From Podarcis erhardii (lineage: Eukaryota): 64,000 nt of DNA. The stretch is from the NCBI GenBank assembly GCA_964252035.1, contig OZ176205.1. The stretch is one strand, 5' to 3'. Below the pieces are notes generated by a model, which saw only the letters and a program-made list of their open reading frames with translations, ran no database searches and was not told the DNA's origin. The position numbers and the translations under genes were made by a program. Positions 37,901 to 52,900 of this stretch are shown here, piece after piece (the first letter of the stretch is position 1; every line of letters starts with the position of its first letter).

Positions 37901-40900
37901 AATACAAAGACAATTCTGGATTCAAGGATGAGACTTTAGGCCCACAGTGTCAGCCAATACATTTCCTCTACTTAGTAGAATTTAATCAAGAATTACACAA
38001 GTAAAGTTTAATAAGGTTAAAAGGATAAAATACTGGGTAACCTTACAAATATAAAGTATTGATGCAGAGCTGAAAAACCCTAATTAAATCATAATTATCT
38101 GGATCAACAAAGTAAGTAAGGCTAGGGTCTGATACAAGCTTTCTAAAGGATAGCTTTTTAAAAAAATGTTAAGAGGAGAGGGGGATACAAAGATAAAATG
38201 GGAAATAATGGAAGATCCTGCTGATGGAGGGTGGGGTCTGAGGAAAAGCAGCTCAATATAAGACAGCCTTTATTGCGGAAAAAAAAGGAAAGCCAGAAGA
38301 ACATCTTTAATCAGAACTAATATATCCGACCACGCCAGAGTTTACAACATGGTATGTGAACTTGTGAGTTACACCAGACCAGATATTCGGACACAATCTG
38401 AATAGTGGGAAATAGCTATTTCTGGGAGATCCTACTGCTGACAGCTCTTAAGACCACCCAAAGAAACACATTCCCCCCCCCCTTTCACACATTCCCCCCC
38501 CTCTTTCACACATTCCCCCCTTCTTTAAAATCTAGCTTGAGAGAGTGAGTTGCATGCTGTATTGAGTACATAATAGTGTTTTCTCAATTAACAGAGCCTA
38601 AAATTACAACAATTTGTATGCTAGGGCCTGCAAAAAAAATTGAGGTTAAAAAGTGGTCCTCAAATTTGTAAAGGCTGGGAACCACTGATCTATACACTGA
38701 AATAACAAACAAACATTTTCAGGTCCCAAGTACCCAAACCCTCAGTATTCAATGTTGTCTCTGAACGCATCCCATTTTTTAGATTCATTCCCTCCTGATA
38801 TTTTCCCCTCCTGATCGTATCAATCCACACAAGACACAATTTTGTATCAAAAATTATCTTACCTTATCTTGCTTTTGGTAGGTCTGCTTAATAAATGAGC
38901 GTGTGATTTCATGGAGCTGACGTAAAGCTGGTACCACCCACACAAACTGAGGATTATTATGTTGGGATGACTATTAGGAGAAGGTACAGTAATAGATATG
39001 CTTAGTAACAATGACTGCATAAACATTCCAAGTTTTATTCCCCATTCTAGATTACTTTTGTAGTCTGTACTATAGCTATTCCTCAGTTCCACAAAATCCA
39101 GTATTTAGTTCTCTATGTAATATATATAGATTACATTGTGAAGGACACGTGGATCTATTTGCAAATTTCATTCTTGCAGCTTCCCCACAGCAAACAGTCA
39201 CTCCTTTTGGCAGAAACAAAGGCAAGATACTGGCTATGACTTTCACAAGAAGCAAACTGATACACACACTCTCCCTTTTCAAGGCGTCCTGTGAAACTTG
39301 AGAACTAATGAATGTGCCAAGCTTTGGGGGCGGGGGGCACAGAATATACATTCTGAGAGATAAGGCAAACTAACCCTCTTGATGTCTTCTATGCATTTGA
39401 TGATGTAGCTTCTTTTTATTGCCTCCTTCACTGCATATGCATCACTAAGGATTGTCAAATGCTCCTCCAAGGCTTGTTGAATCAAACTGCTGGGCAATGT
39501 TGGAAGATGAGCCAACTCCCAGAGAACCTCAAGAACCTACAAGGATATACACACACAGATAAATATCAACATTCATTACAGAAGTTAGCCTCCATGTTAA
39601 CTCTTATAAGTGGAATTTATTACTCATGCCTTTCCAGTGGTTGTCTCTACACGTGCTTCCCGACCAATACGTCCTATCAAGCTTAGCAGCTTCTGTCTCA
39701 CTCTATCACTCTCAGATTCCCAACTCTACAAAAGGGGAGAGAAGGGGGGGAATGAATAAAGACAAAACAAAAAACAATTTGAGTTTCAACTGGGCCAAGC
39801 TTTGGCTATCCATATTATGATCTTTAGATCCAAACAGTCTTCAAAAGATATATTTCAGTTTCTTGCTGTAGTTGCCTCACCTTCTGAATAAGGACAAAGA
39901 GATGATTGAGCTGGTCTGAGCTGAACTTGACAGCAGCTGCTGCAATAATGGTGTGGATGTTCTCTATTACAGTTGACGGCTGTCCTGACTTTAAGGAGGA
40001 GAGAAAAACAACCGTTAAAGAGACAGCTATGAACAAAGGTGAACTTGAAAAAATGATCATAGATGTATATTAAACAGAAAATCTGCAATCTTAGGCATTC
40101 TCACCCACTGAAAACATAGATGTTTCTGATTAAACATGCTTAGGTTCACACTGCGTATTATCAAGCAAGAATGAGGAAGACTGTAGCCCCATCTTAGAGA
40201 CTGCAAGAAATACCACACTGACAACTTTGTGGTTTTACATTCAGGTTTTGGACACAACAAAGGAAGTATTTGTATTCTGTGAAAGGTTTTATACGAAGTG
40301 TGAAGGGCAGATACCGTTTGCTAGGTGTGTCATTTAGTAAACTGATTACTAATTCAGAAGCGCTTTCTGTTTCAGGCTCTGGGTATTCTGGAGGCTAATG
40401 GAACCAGTAGAAATGCAGGCATTGTGTAACTACTACATAATTAAATAAAGATGAATCATTCATTCATCTCTAAGAAAAGATAGTGCTTTTGAGTACCTTG
40501 GAAGGTAAAATTTCAGAAATAAATGCTCAAGCCATGTCAGAAAGGACTCACAATCCTTCAGGAAGGCTGAATTGATTTGTTCGAAATCAAAAGAAGTTGC
40601 TGACATAGGTGCTAACAACCCTTATATGAATGCAGATTAGCACAGTATTTGAAATTAACATTCTAAAGGTAATGCAAATATGAAGACTGTATGGAATACT
40701 GAGCTGCTAATTTATCAACCAAACTATTGGTGCTACATATTGCAACAAGAAATATACTTGTGAATGGGCAGTGTGCAAATATTATTTGTTCTCATATACA
40801 AAGTTAACGTATGGCCAAAATCTAAAGAAATGAAGTCACCTTAAAATATTGTAGCAGTAGTTTTAGTTATAAGTATCCTATGTAATGTTGAGAGACTGAA

Positions 40901-43900
40901 AACACATTGAACCACAGAAGTCATCCATTTAGAATACTGGAAATTGTGTGCTTAAAAGCAGTGGACTTCACAACTTTCTACATCAACTCAACCTGCATCC
41001 CTGCTATGCTGTGGCATTGATTTGCAACTCACCTTAGTCAGTCACAACGCACCCATGTCCTAGAGTACTGGAAAGGGATAGACTACAAAGACATTCTATA
41101 ATGTGTGATATTCAGAGACACACAGAGCCTTAAGATCTCTTTTTTTAGAACATGTCACAGGTTTGTCAGCAGAATGAGTGTGCTCAAAATAAATGATGAA
41201 GTACGTCACATTGTTGCAACAATGCCAGAAATAAAGAGCTTTGTCACCATTTTACAGACTACTGCATATTTATAAGCTTAATGCTGTGTGGATATTCTAA
41301 AGACGCCCATATCTAGTTATAAAGTAAATTGGAGTGGTGATCCTTGTGCTCATTACATTTCTGCACTCCAGAAATTTTCCAGCACAAATTTTCATGCAGA
41401 ATTTTTCCATTAAATTTATGAATAACCATAAATTGAGGTACAGAGCAGGCCATAGTTTCTTAACATATTCAGCGCACAGGAAGATTTGACATAGTTGCTT
41501 CATATAAGAGTACTAAAATTAATCAGTGAGGAGGCAGGGAAGGGAGAGAACATGCAGCCTTTAACACTTTTGTGAAATTTGAATGAACATCGTTTCTGCA
41601 AAAAAGAAAAGTGATAGAAGTGCCCTTGAAGATAAATGAATTACTAGAGCTCTGTTTATCAAAGTGCAATAACTAAATTAAGTAACCAAATAATGTAATG
41701 GTGTGTGGGAGGATGGATGGACTGAATAAAATGTACAGATATGCAAAGGCATGTGGGTGTCAAAGAAATTTAGCAAAGCAATTAAAAAAACTAGCAGTTC
41801 TAAACTAGGACAAAAAATAATAATCATACATCTCTCAATGTTTTCTCTTTCACACAGAATTTGAAGAGAGATACAACTAGAAACAAAAGAGATGAAACTA
41901 GAAGTGTAAGATTCTATTTTAGTTTAATTTTTTCCAGGGCCTCAGCAAATGTGATCACCATACTGTTTGCTTTCTTGCTCATATAGCATCAGAGTGTGGT
42001 TGTCACACATCTTCTTGGAAACTTGCATAAGGCAGATTACTGGTCAGCAGGACATGAACAAGGTATGTCTTATGAGGTTTGGGAAAGTCACAACACAAGA
42101 TAAAGATGTCAGGACTTAATATGGTGATAGGAAAGTACTGAGAAGCATGCATTGAAACAAACTCTGCTCTCTGCTTGTGGCATATTTATGTGATTGCAAA
42201 TAACATAACATAAAATAAAATAAAATAAAAAAATGATTCACTGAGGTGAAATTTCCCATGGGCAAGTTGTTTAACAGGATGACCTACTGGACTCCTTCGA
42301 ATCCTAGGATTGATGCATCTATTTAGCATCCACGAACACAACTTCCTGCCATGAGTCCTAATTCTGTAGAATAACACATACTCCATCTCCATGGATATCT
42401 ATCGTATGATCAGTCACACTATTATTATCTGCTAAATTTGGATAGGTTTGGGATCTTTATACATGCACCTGAAAAAGACATTCCACAAATGCTGTCAAAA
42501 GAATTTCAAACTCTGAGTCATACTGCTGCACATCCTCACCTGTATTCTCCATATTTTTGTCAGCTCATCTAATGATAACTTGCTGCCCAGGAGTTCAATA
42601 ATTCCTTTTATACGATCACAATATTGTGCTTGGTCTATGTTACCTAGTCAAAGAAACAGGACAGTGAGCCTAACCAGAAGGAATGCCTTAATCAAGTCTT
42701 TGATATGGTAATAACAAAATATATACTCCTTCAAAACAACTAAGAAGAGGTTCAGTAACGTGAAGATCTATTTTTCTAACAACCCTCTCCATCTCATTCA
42801 CTACACAACTAAGGCCCTTAATATTTTTAAAAATGCCCTTTCTTCCCCAATGGATTGGTGCTGGTAGCACCCAAGATATTTCTAAAAATACCAGAGAATT
42901 TGAAAGACTCATTAAAATATGAACTTTTACCAGGAATATCTACACCAAAATATTCAGATACATGAATGGTTCAGACAAAGTGCTGTGTTTTAGCATTACG
43001 AGTCTTAGCTCACATACTTTATTCTCATACTCTGGTGTGGCTGCAAAAAGTACACAATTTTAGCATCCATCAGTTTTTTTAATCATCCAAAGCCAAACAA
43101 CACTTCATCTTAACAATGGTTAATTGAAACAAGCCAAGTTTCTAAACTATGGTTTGTGTCAATCGACCACTGTTAAGATAAACCACAGTTTACCTGGGTT
43201 TGGACAACATTCTGAATTTATTTTAATCATGTAAGTAGAAGCTTCACATCATTTCCTTGCAGCCAACCTGGCGGAAGAGGAGCGAGGCAGCATGCAAGTA
43301 CAAGGCTCACTTTCATTAACACCAAACATAGTTTAGCACACCTTCTGACTGCAACCACAATATCAACTTTCTTTCTGTTCAGAAATGCAGCAGGATATTA
43401 AAAACTTACCTTCTAATGCAATTGAAAGAACAGAGTTTTCTACTAGCCAGTTTAATAACCGATCTGTATCTATTGCGTTCTTTACTGATTTGGATACAGT
43501 GCTGTCTTCAATAAGTTTTGTTACCTAAAAATTAACACAGTGTCACTCAGAGGATTTGTAACAACTAGATATATCAATAGCCAAAGTGTGTAGGAAATAA
43601 AATAAATAAACTTGAAAGTTAGTTGCTATATGTATGGGTGGTTCTTGGGAAGGCTGTAAATATGTGTCTTCACTGTGAAGGTTTGCAAGGCCTGAAACAC
43701 TAAATACTTGAAGATCCAGGGAATAAGCAAAACTATATCCTATTTTTCATTACTGCACTGAGCAGTGCCCAGCTCTGTAAAATCATTAATATTTCAATGG
43801 CCTCATGAAAAGTTTATTAGGCCTTTTAAATGCACACTAACACCATATATTTGCCACTTATTCCATAAGTGAACTTCAAATGGATTTATAGCCATGGATA

Positions 43901-46900
43901 GAATCTAAGAATCTTTTGATTCCTCCTATGCCTCTGAATTTTCTCTTTGAAAGCTTTATGATCCAAATCAGCAATGGTTATCATTAAGTTGCTATGGTTA
44001 ATATGAGCTAGAGGACTAGCCTTTAACTACTGGATCAGGACCCATTCATGGGCTGCAGCCTGATCCATGGTGGCTCGCAAGAGGAGCACCACCACCATGC
44101 ACGTATATGGTAAAAGATCAATAAAATGGTTGCCAAATGAGTGTTTGGGATAAAAGTGTGTCCTAGATCTGCGAAAGTTGTAAATACCCGATTGTGAATG
44201 TCAATCTAATCAGTTGAAGATTTTAGCATAGCAAACTTACTTCTTTGAGAGAGTTCATTTTTGCACTGAAGTGTGGCGATTTCAGCATACGCAACAGGAT
44301 ATCTAAGCGCAGGTCATCTACTACTGTTACCAAGTCAGGTTGGAATCGCATGCAAAGGAGCTTGATGGCAGACAAGAGTTCAGGGATACTGACCAGCCTC
44401 TGCAAAACATAAGAATTATGAGTGCTTTTTAGAGATCTCAGTGATGAATTCAAGTGGCAAGGAAGATACCACCTAAGTTCAGGCAGCCTTTAAAACTGTA
44501 TGTGTAGGGCTGCCATATTTCAAAAGGTGAAAATCCGGACACAAAAGTTGTTGAGCATTTTTCTGGCAAAAGTTATTAAGCTTTTTTTAGTTTTGTTTGT
44601 CTATAAAACAAGCTTTGAAAAAGCAATAGCTATACAAGATTTGAACCTCCTATAACAAAGAGTGCTGATTTGCAACTATTGTGGATGTAGACCAGACATA
44701 GGCAAACTTGGCCCTCCAGATGTTTTCGGACTACAACTCCGATCATCCCTAACTAACAGGACCAGTGGTCAGGGATGATGGGAGTTGTAGCCCAAAACAT
44801 CTGGAGGGCCGAGTTTGCCTATGCCTGATGTAGACTGCTACATGGAAGCAACCATTCTAGCAGGGCCACTCCACCAGCTCCACTAAAAGACTTGCTTTAT
44901 CGGGCTCTTCCTGTCCCTGAACAATTCTATTCCATGCTGTCATTATAGAAATTACTATTTATTTGCTTTTTAAATGGGTATCCTGAGTTTCCTCTTCCTT
45001 CCCAAGCCCTTCTTTCTTGTGCATCATGTGTTTTAGACTGTAAGTCTGTAGGCAGGCACTTTCCTGTATTAACTGACTGCATGTAAGTAACCCAGCTGAA
45101 GAGCTGGGTAAACATGTTCTAAATAAATCATAAATATAGAACAAATTACTTTATAAAGGAAAGTGTGTACTAAGAACACTGCAGCTGACAGCATTAATGG
45201 CTAAATCTTCTAATGCTGATTATTTGTCAAGTGTCATTACAAGTGTTTCACCAAGCATTAGTTAAGTACACACATGCTTTTAAGCATGGGAGCAGCAGCA
45301 TTAGCTAATGGAACGTCAGTTTTACACTTTCAAATTGCAGTTCAAGTTGTAGGTCATATCTGAAAAATCAGGTTTTACCTTGTCTTTCAGGTCCTTCTCT
45401 TCAACATTCTGTACATATTTAATCATATTATGAATTACTGGATCCAGCATGGGCTGTAAAACAAGAAATAGGCATTTTGTATGTTAAAAAGAAATGTATC
45501 TCCCCGCTCCAAGGGCTTCCTTGAAATGGAAAACTTTTATTCCTGCACCCTTCGGAAGATCAGGGAAGTTTCCCCAAGTGGGATTTAATGTGGTGCAGAA
45601 AACAAAAATTGCAACCACTCTCCCCTGAGCAGAAGTATATTCCACTCATGCTCAGAACATAAGCCTTATGCTAGTGTTCCATTATTTGACACAAACTAGG
45701 TACAATTAAAATAGATGTAAGCCAATTTGATGTGAGTATATGTGAAGTAAGGAAGCAAACAAATTAATTAATTATAAAGTGTTGTATCCACTGATTGCCT
45801 GAGTGGAAACTGCTCACTCAACCAATCTTTTCACCCCCGCCCCTGTAGACCCCTGAACAACATCTCTGGAGGGCTTTCCTATGGGCTGTGTCATAGGCAA
45901 CTCTCCCTAAAATGGGCAAAGGAAGCAAGGTTTTTAGTGCCCAATTTCAGACAACACCCCCCTTACAGGTAAACAGCCCACATTGTTCAATGAAGTCCTC
46001 CAGAAAGGCTTTTTAAGTGTCTGTAGGGAGGAGAAAGATCAGTTGTACAAACAACCTTCACATGTGACTGTTAGATACTTCCCAATGTAAAAATAAATAC
46101 AAATCTATACTGGGGTGGGCAAATGTTAGATTAGGACCTACTGATTGATCTCTGGGTGGGTTAAAGTAGAACAAGGATTTCCAACTCCCAATTGTTTAAT
46201 AATGGCAGCAAAATGACCCCCCCCCCATTCAACTGCTGGAGGAGTGGATTTTTATGTGGAAGGACTGCAAACTCAGTTCTGTCACTAAAAACAAATTCCA
46301 GGGTTCAGAATTATTTAATTCTAAGTGTACAAATTGGATCTCACAGTCCGCCCACCTCCAATCTGTCCTATAAAGGTATCTCGCAGATTATCTAGAGTTA
46401 TCCCAAACTGACTGTTGTTTTTAACAATAATAGCATCAATGTTAATGTGAGCATCATTTGGTGTTATTATATTATTATAATATTATGAGTTTCAAAACAA
46501 GTATTTTGCAGATTCATTACCTGAAAAACAAACATAAGGCATAGGGCAATGAACCACACTTGTTTCACTTTTTTAAAAAAAGCTCAGAGCAAGTTACTAA
46601 TTGTACATAATTTTAAAGAGAAAGTTACCTGTACTACCGAAGAACTGAGATACTCTGCGCAAACCCCCAAAGGCTGAACTAAAGAAGATACTGCCTAGAA
46701 GAAAAGAAAGCATTTGAGAACATACACAGAACAGACCCGAGGCAAATACCACAAGAAGGGACCAAACTGGTCCCTAGCATATGAGACTAAGACAAGAGAA
46801 TGGTATTTGATAAAACAGACAGATGAACATGGCTAGTATAGTTTTGCTTGACGACAGCAGCAGCAAATACAGCCTAAAGGTAGTGCAATGAAGCACACCA

Positions 46901-49900
46901 ATTCACACTACAGTTTTAGAAGTTGTGTTTGCTTCACCCAGCACATCTTGAGACTAAAATATTACTTCAGTTCCACAACAGCAGAAAATTCATAAGTATT
47001 GAACAAGAGCCATCTACTGTGAAAGATTCATAAAACAAAGGGAAATGATCTGGATTTTAACTTACCCCAAGTTCAATATCTTCTGAATGAAGCTTAGACT
47101 GAATTGCAGAAAATCCACCTAATTCTGCAAACTAAATAAGTATACAAACAACACCGTCAAAGACATGAACTATATAAATAAAAGTAGTGTGATAGGTCTC
47201 AGAAACAGGCATGAATAGATGAGCATTTCCTTCAGTTGTCCACCACAGGAAAGTGTATCAGGAAGGTATGCTGAGTCTAAGGATTTTACTATTTCAGTAA
47301 TGGAGGTAAAGGTACAACAATTCTCATAGGAGGATAGGAAAACTACTAGTGCAGTTCTCTCTGTCAAAGACTCATATTTTTCTGAAGTTCACCTAGAACA
47401 CTCAGTTCAATGGCATTTCACAGGTAAATTGATGACAAATCCCTTTAAGAGGTAAAACTATTTTTCCATATGCATCATACATTTCTTCTTACTCTATTAC
47501 AGCTCCAGATAAATGATGAAAACTGACACATGAACATTTTGCAAGAATAATGCTGCATACATGCACATGTGTGCACACACATACAAAATGAGCCTTGGAA
47601 GCCTCTCCACAGAACTCTAGCCTCTCCCTCATATTTGGTGCTAAAAATACTCATCCTGCTGACAAAAACATTCACCTCTCCCATTGTACAAGTGATATCC
47701 GCTCTTCATTTCCCTTCAAATACTTCCCATTCCCTTCAGTTACCACTATAAATTCATCCACTGGATATCATTTAAAAATACATGCCTATATATGATCCTC
47801 ATTCTTCCAGTGCTAACATCCTTCACTGACGGAAGTCCTCTTGCTTTAAATTACAACCCATTCATTCTCTTTTGTGATCTCCCTGAATATGGACATGGTG
47901 CTAACTCTTCCACTTCAGATCCTTCCTCAAATGTATCTTATTATCCCCGTATGTCTTTTGACCAACACTTTCACTCTTATTTCCAACTTAATCTCAGCTT
48001 AAATATTTTTAACTGTATTGCTTCACAGTCATTCTTCTCATCCTCTTTTCGTCCCCCACCCCACCCCAGGAACTAGTTTTATTTTTGTTTAATGAGAGTC
48101 TTTATAGTGCCCTATATGTGTAGATGGTTCAGAATAAATAATGCTTTATCATTTACTTACCCTATTCACTAAGTCCACTAGCCATCCATGTGGTTCCTAG
48201 CCAACAGAGATGTTAACAAATTAGTAGCATTTCCCCCACAAGGATACTTTGTAAAATAATGGTGTTTTAATTGTGTGTTTCATTTAGAGCTCTAGATTAC
48301 TTCACGCATGACTGGTCACTGCAAATACAACACATGCACTGCCTGCCAACAACTGCTCAGATAAGGCACATAACATTTCTGGATGAGATGGTTAGCACTA
48401 TCCACTTCCCAAACATTGCCTAACCTATTATAATATATTATGGTCTATGAGTCTATGATTCTATGGCAAGATTAGGATATGGAGTTGGTGACACAGAATC
48501 AGTTATATTTATAATCCATAATGGAGTACAGTGGTGCCCTGCAAGACGAATGCCTCGCAAGACGAAAAACTCGCTAGACGAAAGGGTTTTCCGTTTTTCG
48601 AGGCGCTTCGCAAGACGAATTTCCCTATGGGCTTGCTTCGCAAGACGAAAACGTCTTGCGAGTCTTGTGAGTTTTTCCCCTTTCCCCCCCTTTTTCTAAG
48701 CCGCTAAGCCGCTAATAGCCGCTTAGCCGCTAATAGCCGCTAATAGCCGCTAATCCGCTAATAGGGGTGCTTCGCAAGACGAAAAAACTGCAAGACGAAG
48801 AGACTCGCGGAACGAATTAATTTCATCTTGCGAGTCACCACTGTAGAAGGGTTTTTTATTTTTTAAGGAATGAAATTAGAAGCAATATTTTGGCACCAAT
48901 AAGCTCAATGCTGCAAAAGTGTCTAAAAAGTCTCATGACCGAATTTTTATTTATCCATTTATCACTTCCTTATATCACTTCCTTAGCCACTATTCAGATC
49001 TAAAAGGACTGGAAATTATCACACCCATACGACAGTCTAAACCACAGCTACAGTGTGGTCACCACTAAGATCTAGAAGAGAGCACTGTGGTTGGAGTGGT
49101 AATTAAACCCTTATTATAGTCAAAGTAGCAGAAATAATAGCACACCAAAGGCTACTGTCAATGAGACAGATTGATAAATTGTTAGATATGGGAAAGGGGG
49201 TGGGGAGGAAATGGCAATGTTTATTTCAAGTGACACATATATTGCACTAAAACACAACTTAAATTCTGTCTGACTTCTAGTAAGAGACCTGAAGTGTACA
49301 CACTTACCTTCTGGAAAGTAGATATGGGTGAGACAGCATACATATTGCCCTCTCCAAATACTTCTGCCCAGTTCCTTTGGCATACTTTCATTCGGTTCTT
49401 GAAATGGTACTCATTATCAGGATTAAGAGCCTAGAGCGAAAGGTGTGACAAGAAAGCAGACATATAGGATTAGCAATTTTCCAATGTAAAACACATTTGG
49501 ATCAAGTGGCTTTTCATCAGGTTTTCCTTCCTAGGAAAGAAAAGTGTTTGAACATCAAGAAGTACATACACTTTTGCAGAAGCAGGACCAGATCTTCAGA
49601 GTGAAGAAATAGAAGACATAGTTTTAGTATCTCAAAACCAATTTTATTTGACAAACACTGGGTGGCTATTGGAGCCTAGACTGGCGAAATTCATTGCTTC
49701 GGATTTTGTTTATGTAGATATTAACATGGATGCTTAACTTTGGCTTTTAAAATGAAAAGTGAAATATTGTGAGTGAAACCTCAAAAAGCAGCCCTATACC
49801 AGGTTAGAGTGTTTGCTCATCTGCTCTAGTATGGTCTATTCTGACAAGCACCAGCTCTTCAGGGTCCCAGACAGAGGGAGATCTTTCCCATTGCCTACCA

Positions 49901-52900
49901 TCTTATCCTTCTAACTGAAGATGCCAGAAATTGAACCTGGGATCTTGAGATTGCAGACTATGTGCTCTACCACTGAGATATGGTCACTCCCTCTTCACAT
50001 TTCTTAAAAACAGTAAACTGACAAGTTTAAAGTCATTGCAGACAGTGGAATACCAAGTGTCAAAGCGAAGTACGAACATACATCTTGCTAAGTAATTAAT
50101 TACATTCTCTATAGTTTAGAACCTAAGTGGTTTTAATTTCCAAATATACAGGAAAGCCAAGGTTTGGAGCAGTTCTTGAAAAATGACACAACAGCCATAA
50201 CTATGGTTTGTCAGTTCAGACATGGCAAACCAGAATAGTACAAGCCATGGTTCAAAAAACCACTTCAAACTAGGTTTCTTATTCTGGTTCAATGGGTGAT
50301 GTCTTGTCAATTCAGTATGTCTTGTCAATTCAATATGTCTTGTCAATTCAAACATCACACTAAGTCATAGTTAAAAGCTTCCTTAATCATGATTTGGCGG
50401 AATGTATTGAGTATGCAAATATAACCAAGAAATGTCTTTTCTAGATTTTACATTTTAAAAAGCCATGCGTTTAGGATGAACAGATGTTCAGTTGTAAGAT
50501 TTTCATGCTGAATAGCCTTGAGATCAAGTAACTGCAATACCATTGTGAGTACAGCGAGAAGACCAACAGGGATAGGATCTTGCTTTATCCTCTCTGCAGC
50601 CAGATCTACTAGTAGCATCAACATGTTGTAGATTCCCTCATGGATTTCGGTACCCCATTTATGAACAGCGCTTGATGTCAACAGCTGCAAAGGAGCACAG
50701 TATGTGTTAAAATGCTGACATGGATCTACAAGGGGGAAGAGAGTACCTTTTTGCTAGCCTTGAAATGCTTTTGGAGCTATCTATTTAGCAACAAACAACT
50801 TCTGAAGGCAGATTTTAAACCTGGAAAGAACAGCCGGCATCTACCTTAGCTCCCCATCCCAGTTTTAAGAAGATTCCATTTTTAGGCACAGAATATTTAG
50901 AGAACACAATATCTTCAATACATTCCAAGACCAGAGGTGGCTAGGAGAATATCTTCACTTGGCATAACCTCACTAATCCACTTTTAAAAACCCCAAACAA
51001 ACTCCTGTCCTTATTCCTACAAACTTTTCTCAATAGCCCCATTCTCCTGTCCCCATTTGCTGTCCCAATAAAAAATGACCTATTTTGTAGAACACCACAA
51101 AACTGCTGCAACATGCCAAAGAAAAATCAAATGCAGCTCTTAACTCTGCAAATTAAGTGGAATAGCACAATAGTATTTGTCAACCATGTCCATTATTGTA
51201 ACTTGCCCTCTTGCTCCTTACTTGCTACAGTATCAGAATGTAGCAAGCTGCCACTTTATGAGTTATATACCGCCTACTCTCCGATCTACAGCACTAGATA
51301 GAATCCACTGTAATTTTCTCTTATACCTACCTTTTTAAATGCTTCAGGCATACATCTGTCCATAAACCTCCTGCAGTTTTCATCAGAATCCGAAAGCCCT
51401 TATTTAAGGAAAAAAGGAGGAGTTAGGATCCTGCAAAGTTTTGCATGCTATGGACTGAAGCTCACAGGGCTACCAAAACAAGATTTTTGTTGGTTCACAC
51501 AAACACCACTACTGCATACCAATTATTTTAATAATGAAGAAACTCAAAGAAGTTATAGTTTTAATAAGGAGAAATGAATGAAATAAAACAGTGCAGATTT
51601 CTAAAAGTCAACACAGAAGCAACAATGCTTTCTAAAGCTCCATATTTTTGTGCTTAAAAGGGGCAAGGTATTGCTCACAAAGGCCAGGATCCAGAATACT
51701 ATGAACAAAGGAGAATTTAGATATTTTCTTATTCAACTGTGGGCCTTTCAAAAGTAGTTTATGACATGGCACTGGAGTCAGAAATTCTATGAGGGTAGTT
51801 CACATGAGACCGAACAGCTCTATGAATCCCAGGCAGAGTTTGCTGGCTGGCACAGAAGAACATTACAGCAAAGGTAATAAAAGGTAAGCATTGCTCTGTT
51901 TTCTCTGTGGATGCAGATGCTTCCAGCTGGAGCGTATGCAGTTATCAGTGACATAAATGCTCTTCACTTCATCTGAAGCATCAAGATGAAAAACGGGGAA
52001 GGGGGAGAGATCATACTCAAGAGCAGAAGACTCAATCCCCAACCTAGGAATTATTTTGTTTCTTTAATGGTGTTTACTGTCAAACGCTTGGGAAAGGATA
52101 CAGACATTTCTGAGCACATCAGATGTGCCACACACCATCTGCGGCAGAAGTAAGCAGGCAATGCTTTGCGCTGAACAGCTGCAATTTAGCTATAATTTCA
52201 TGATGATACTGATTATGCACAGACAACTTAAATAGTTCCCTGAAGCATAGGTCTTGCAGCATCACTTATCATCCTGAGTAAGCATCATTGCACAAAGCAC
52301 ATGCTGTAAACCTGAAGGGTGCAAATGCAGACTGCTTATATTTACAGGGCTGCACTAGACCGAGGTACACATCTGCATTGTACACAAAAGATTACACATT
52401 CAACCAGCATCTATAAGAACTTCCTTTCAAATGGAGGCCCAATGCATATCCTGTGACTTGGTGATTTTCCACAGCATGTAAAATCAGAAGAGCCAATATG
52501 TGCAGGCATGCATAGAATGTATTTATTTATAAAGCTTCGGCTGTAATGCCAGCATCCTCAATGTGGTTTTTGTGTGCAATAGCACCTGTGAAAGCCTCTC
52601 TCAACGTCAGTGAAAGCCTCTGTACTCCCCATACCCCATACAATGCTATGACTTCACTCCCTGCCCCTTCAGAAGTAAGAAGAGAGTGATTTCTGCTTGG
52701 AAAAGAAAGCTGAGAGAGGAAGTGGAAGGAGTGCCATTCCCACTTCCTCTTCAAACTCTTTTGTTTTCTAGCCTGAAATCACTATCCAAGGAGAACACAG
52801 AGTGACCAGGAGAAAAAGTGTTTTGTAAAAAAGAAGTAAGAAGGGGCTAAGAAAAGAGGGACCTAGCGAGGGAGAGAAGGGAAGGAACAGAACACTGTGT

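Noticed and set aside
43100-50300. Scattered AAACCATGGTTT-like palindromic patches (also near 590 and 33020-33110)
   Set aside because: Probably an old repeat family, but I could not define ends, TSDs or a consensus by eye.
14534-50350. CRISPR-like arrays among the short tandem repeats (14534, 27435, 34425, 38463, 50299)
   Set aside because: Eukaryotic intronic context, contiguous units with no unique spacers, no cas genes.
8612-51401. Six AAG-type acceptors (exons 3, 13, 17, 43, 47, 54)
   Set aside because: All are canonical AG with pyrimidine tracts and correct phase; the count is too small to call enrichment.
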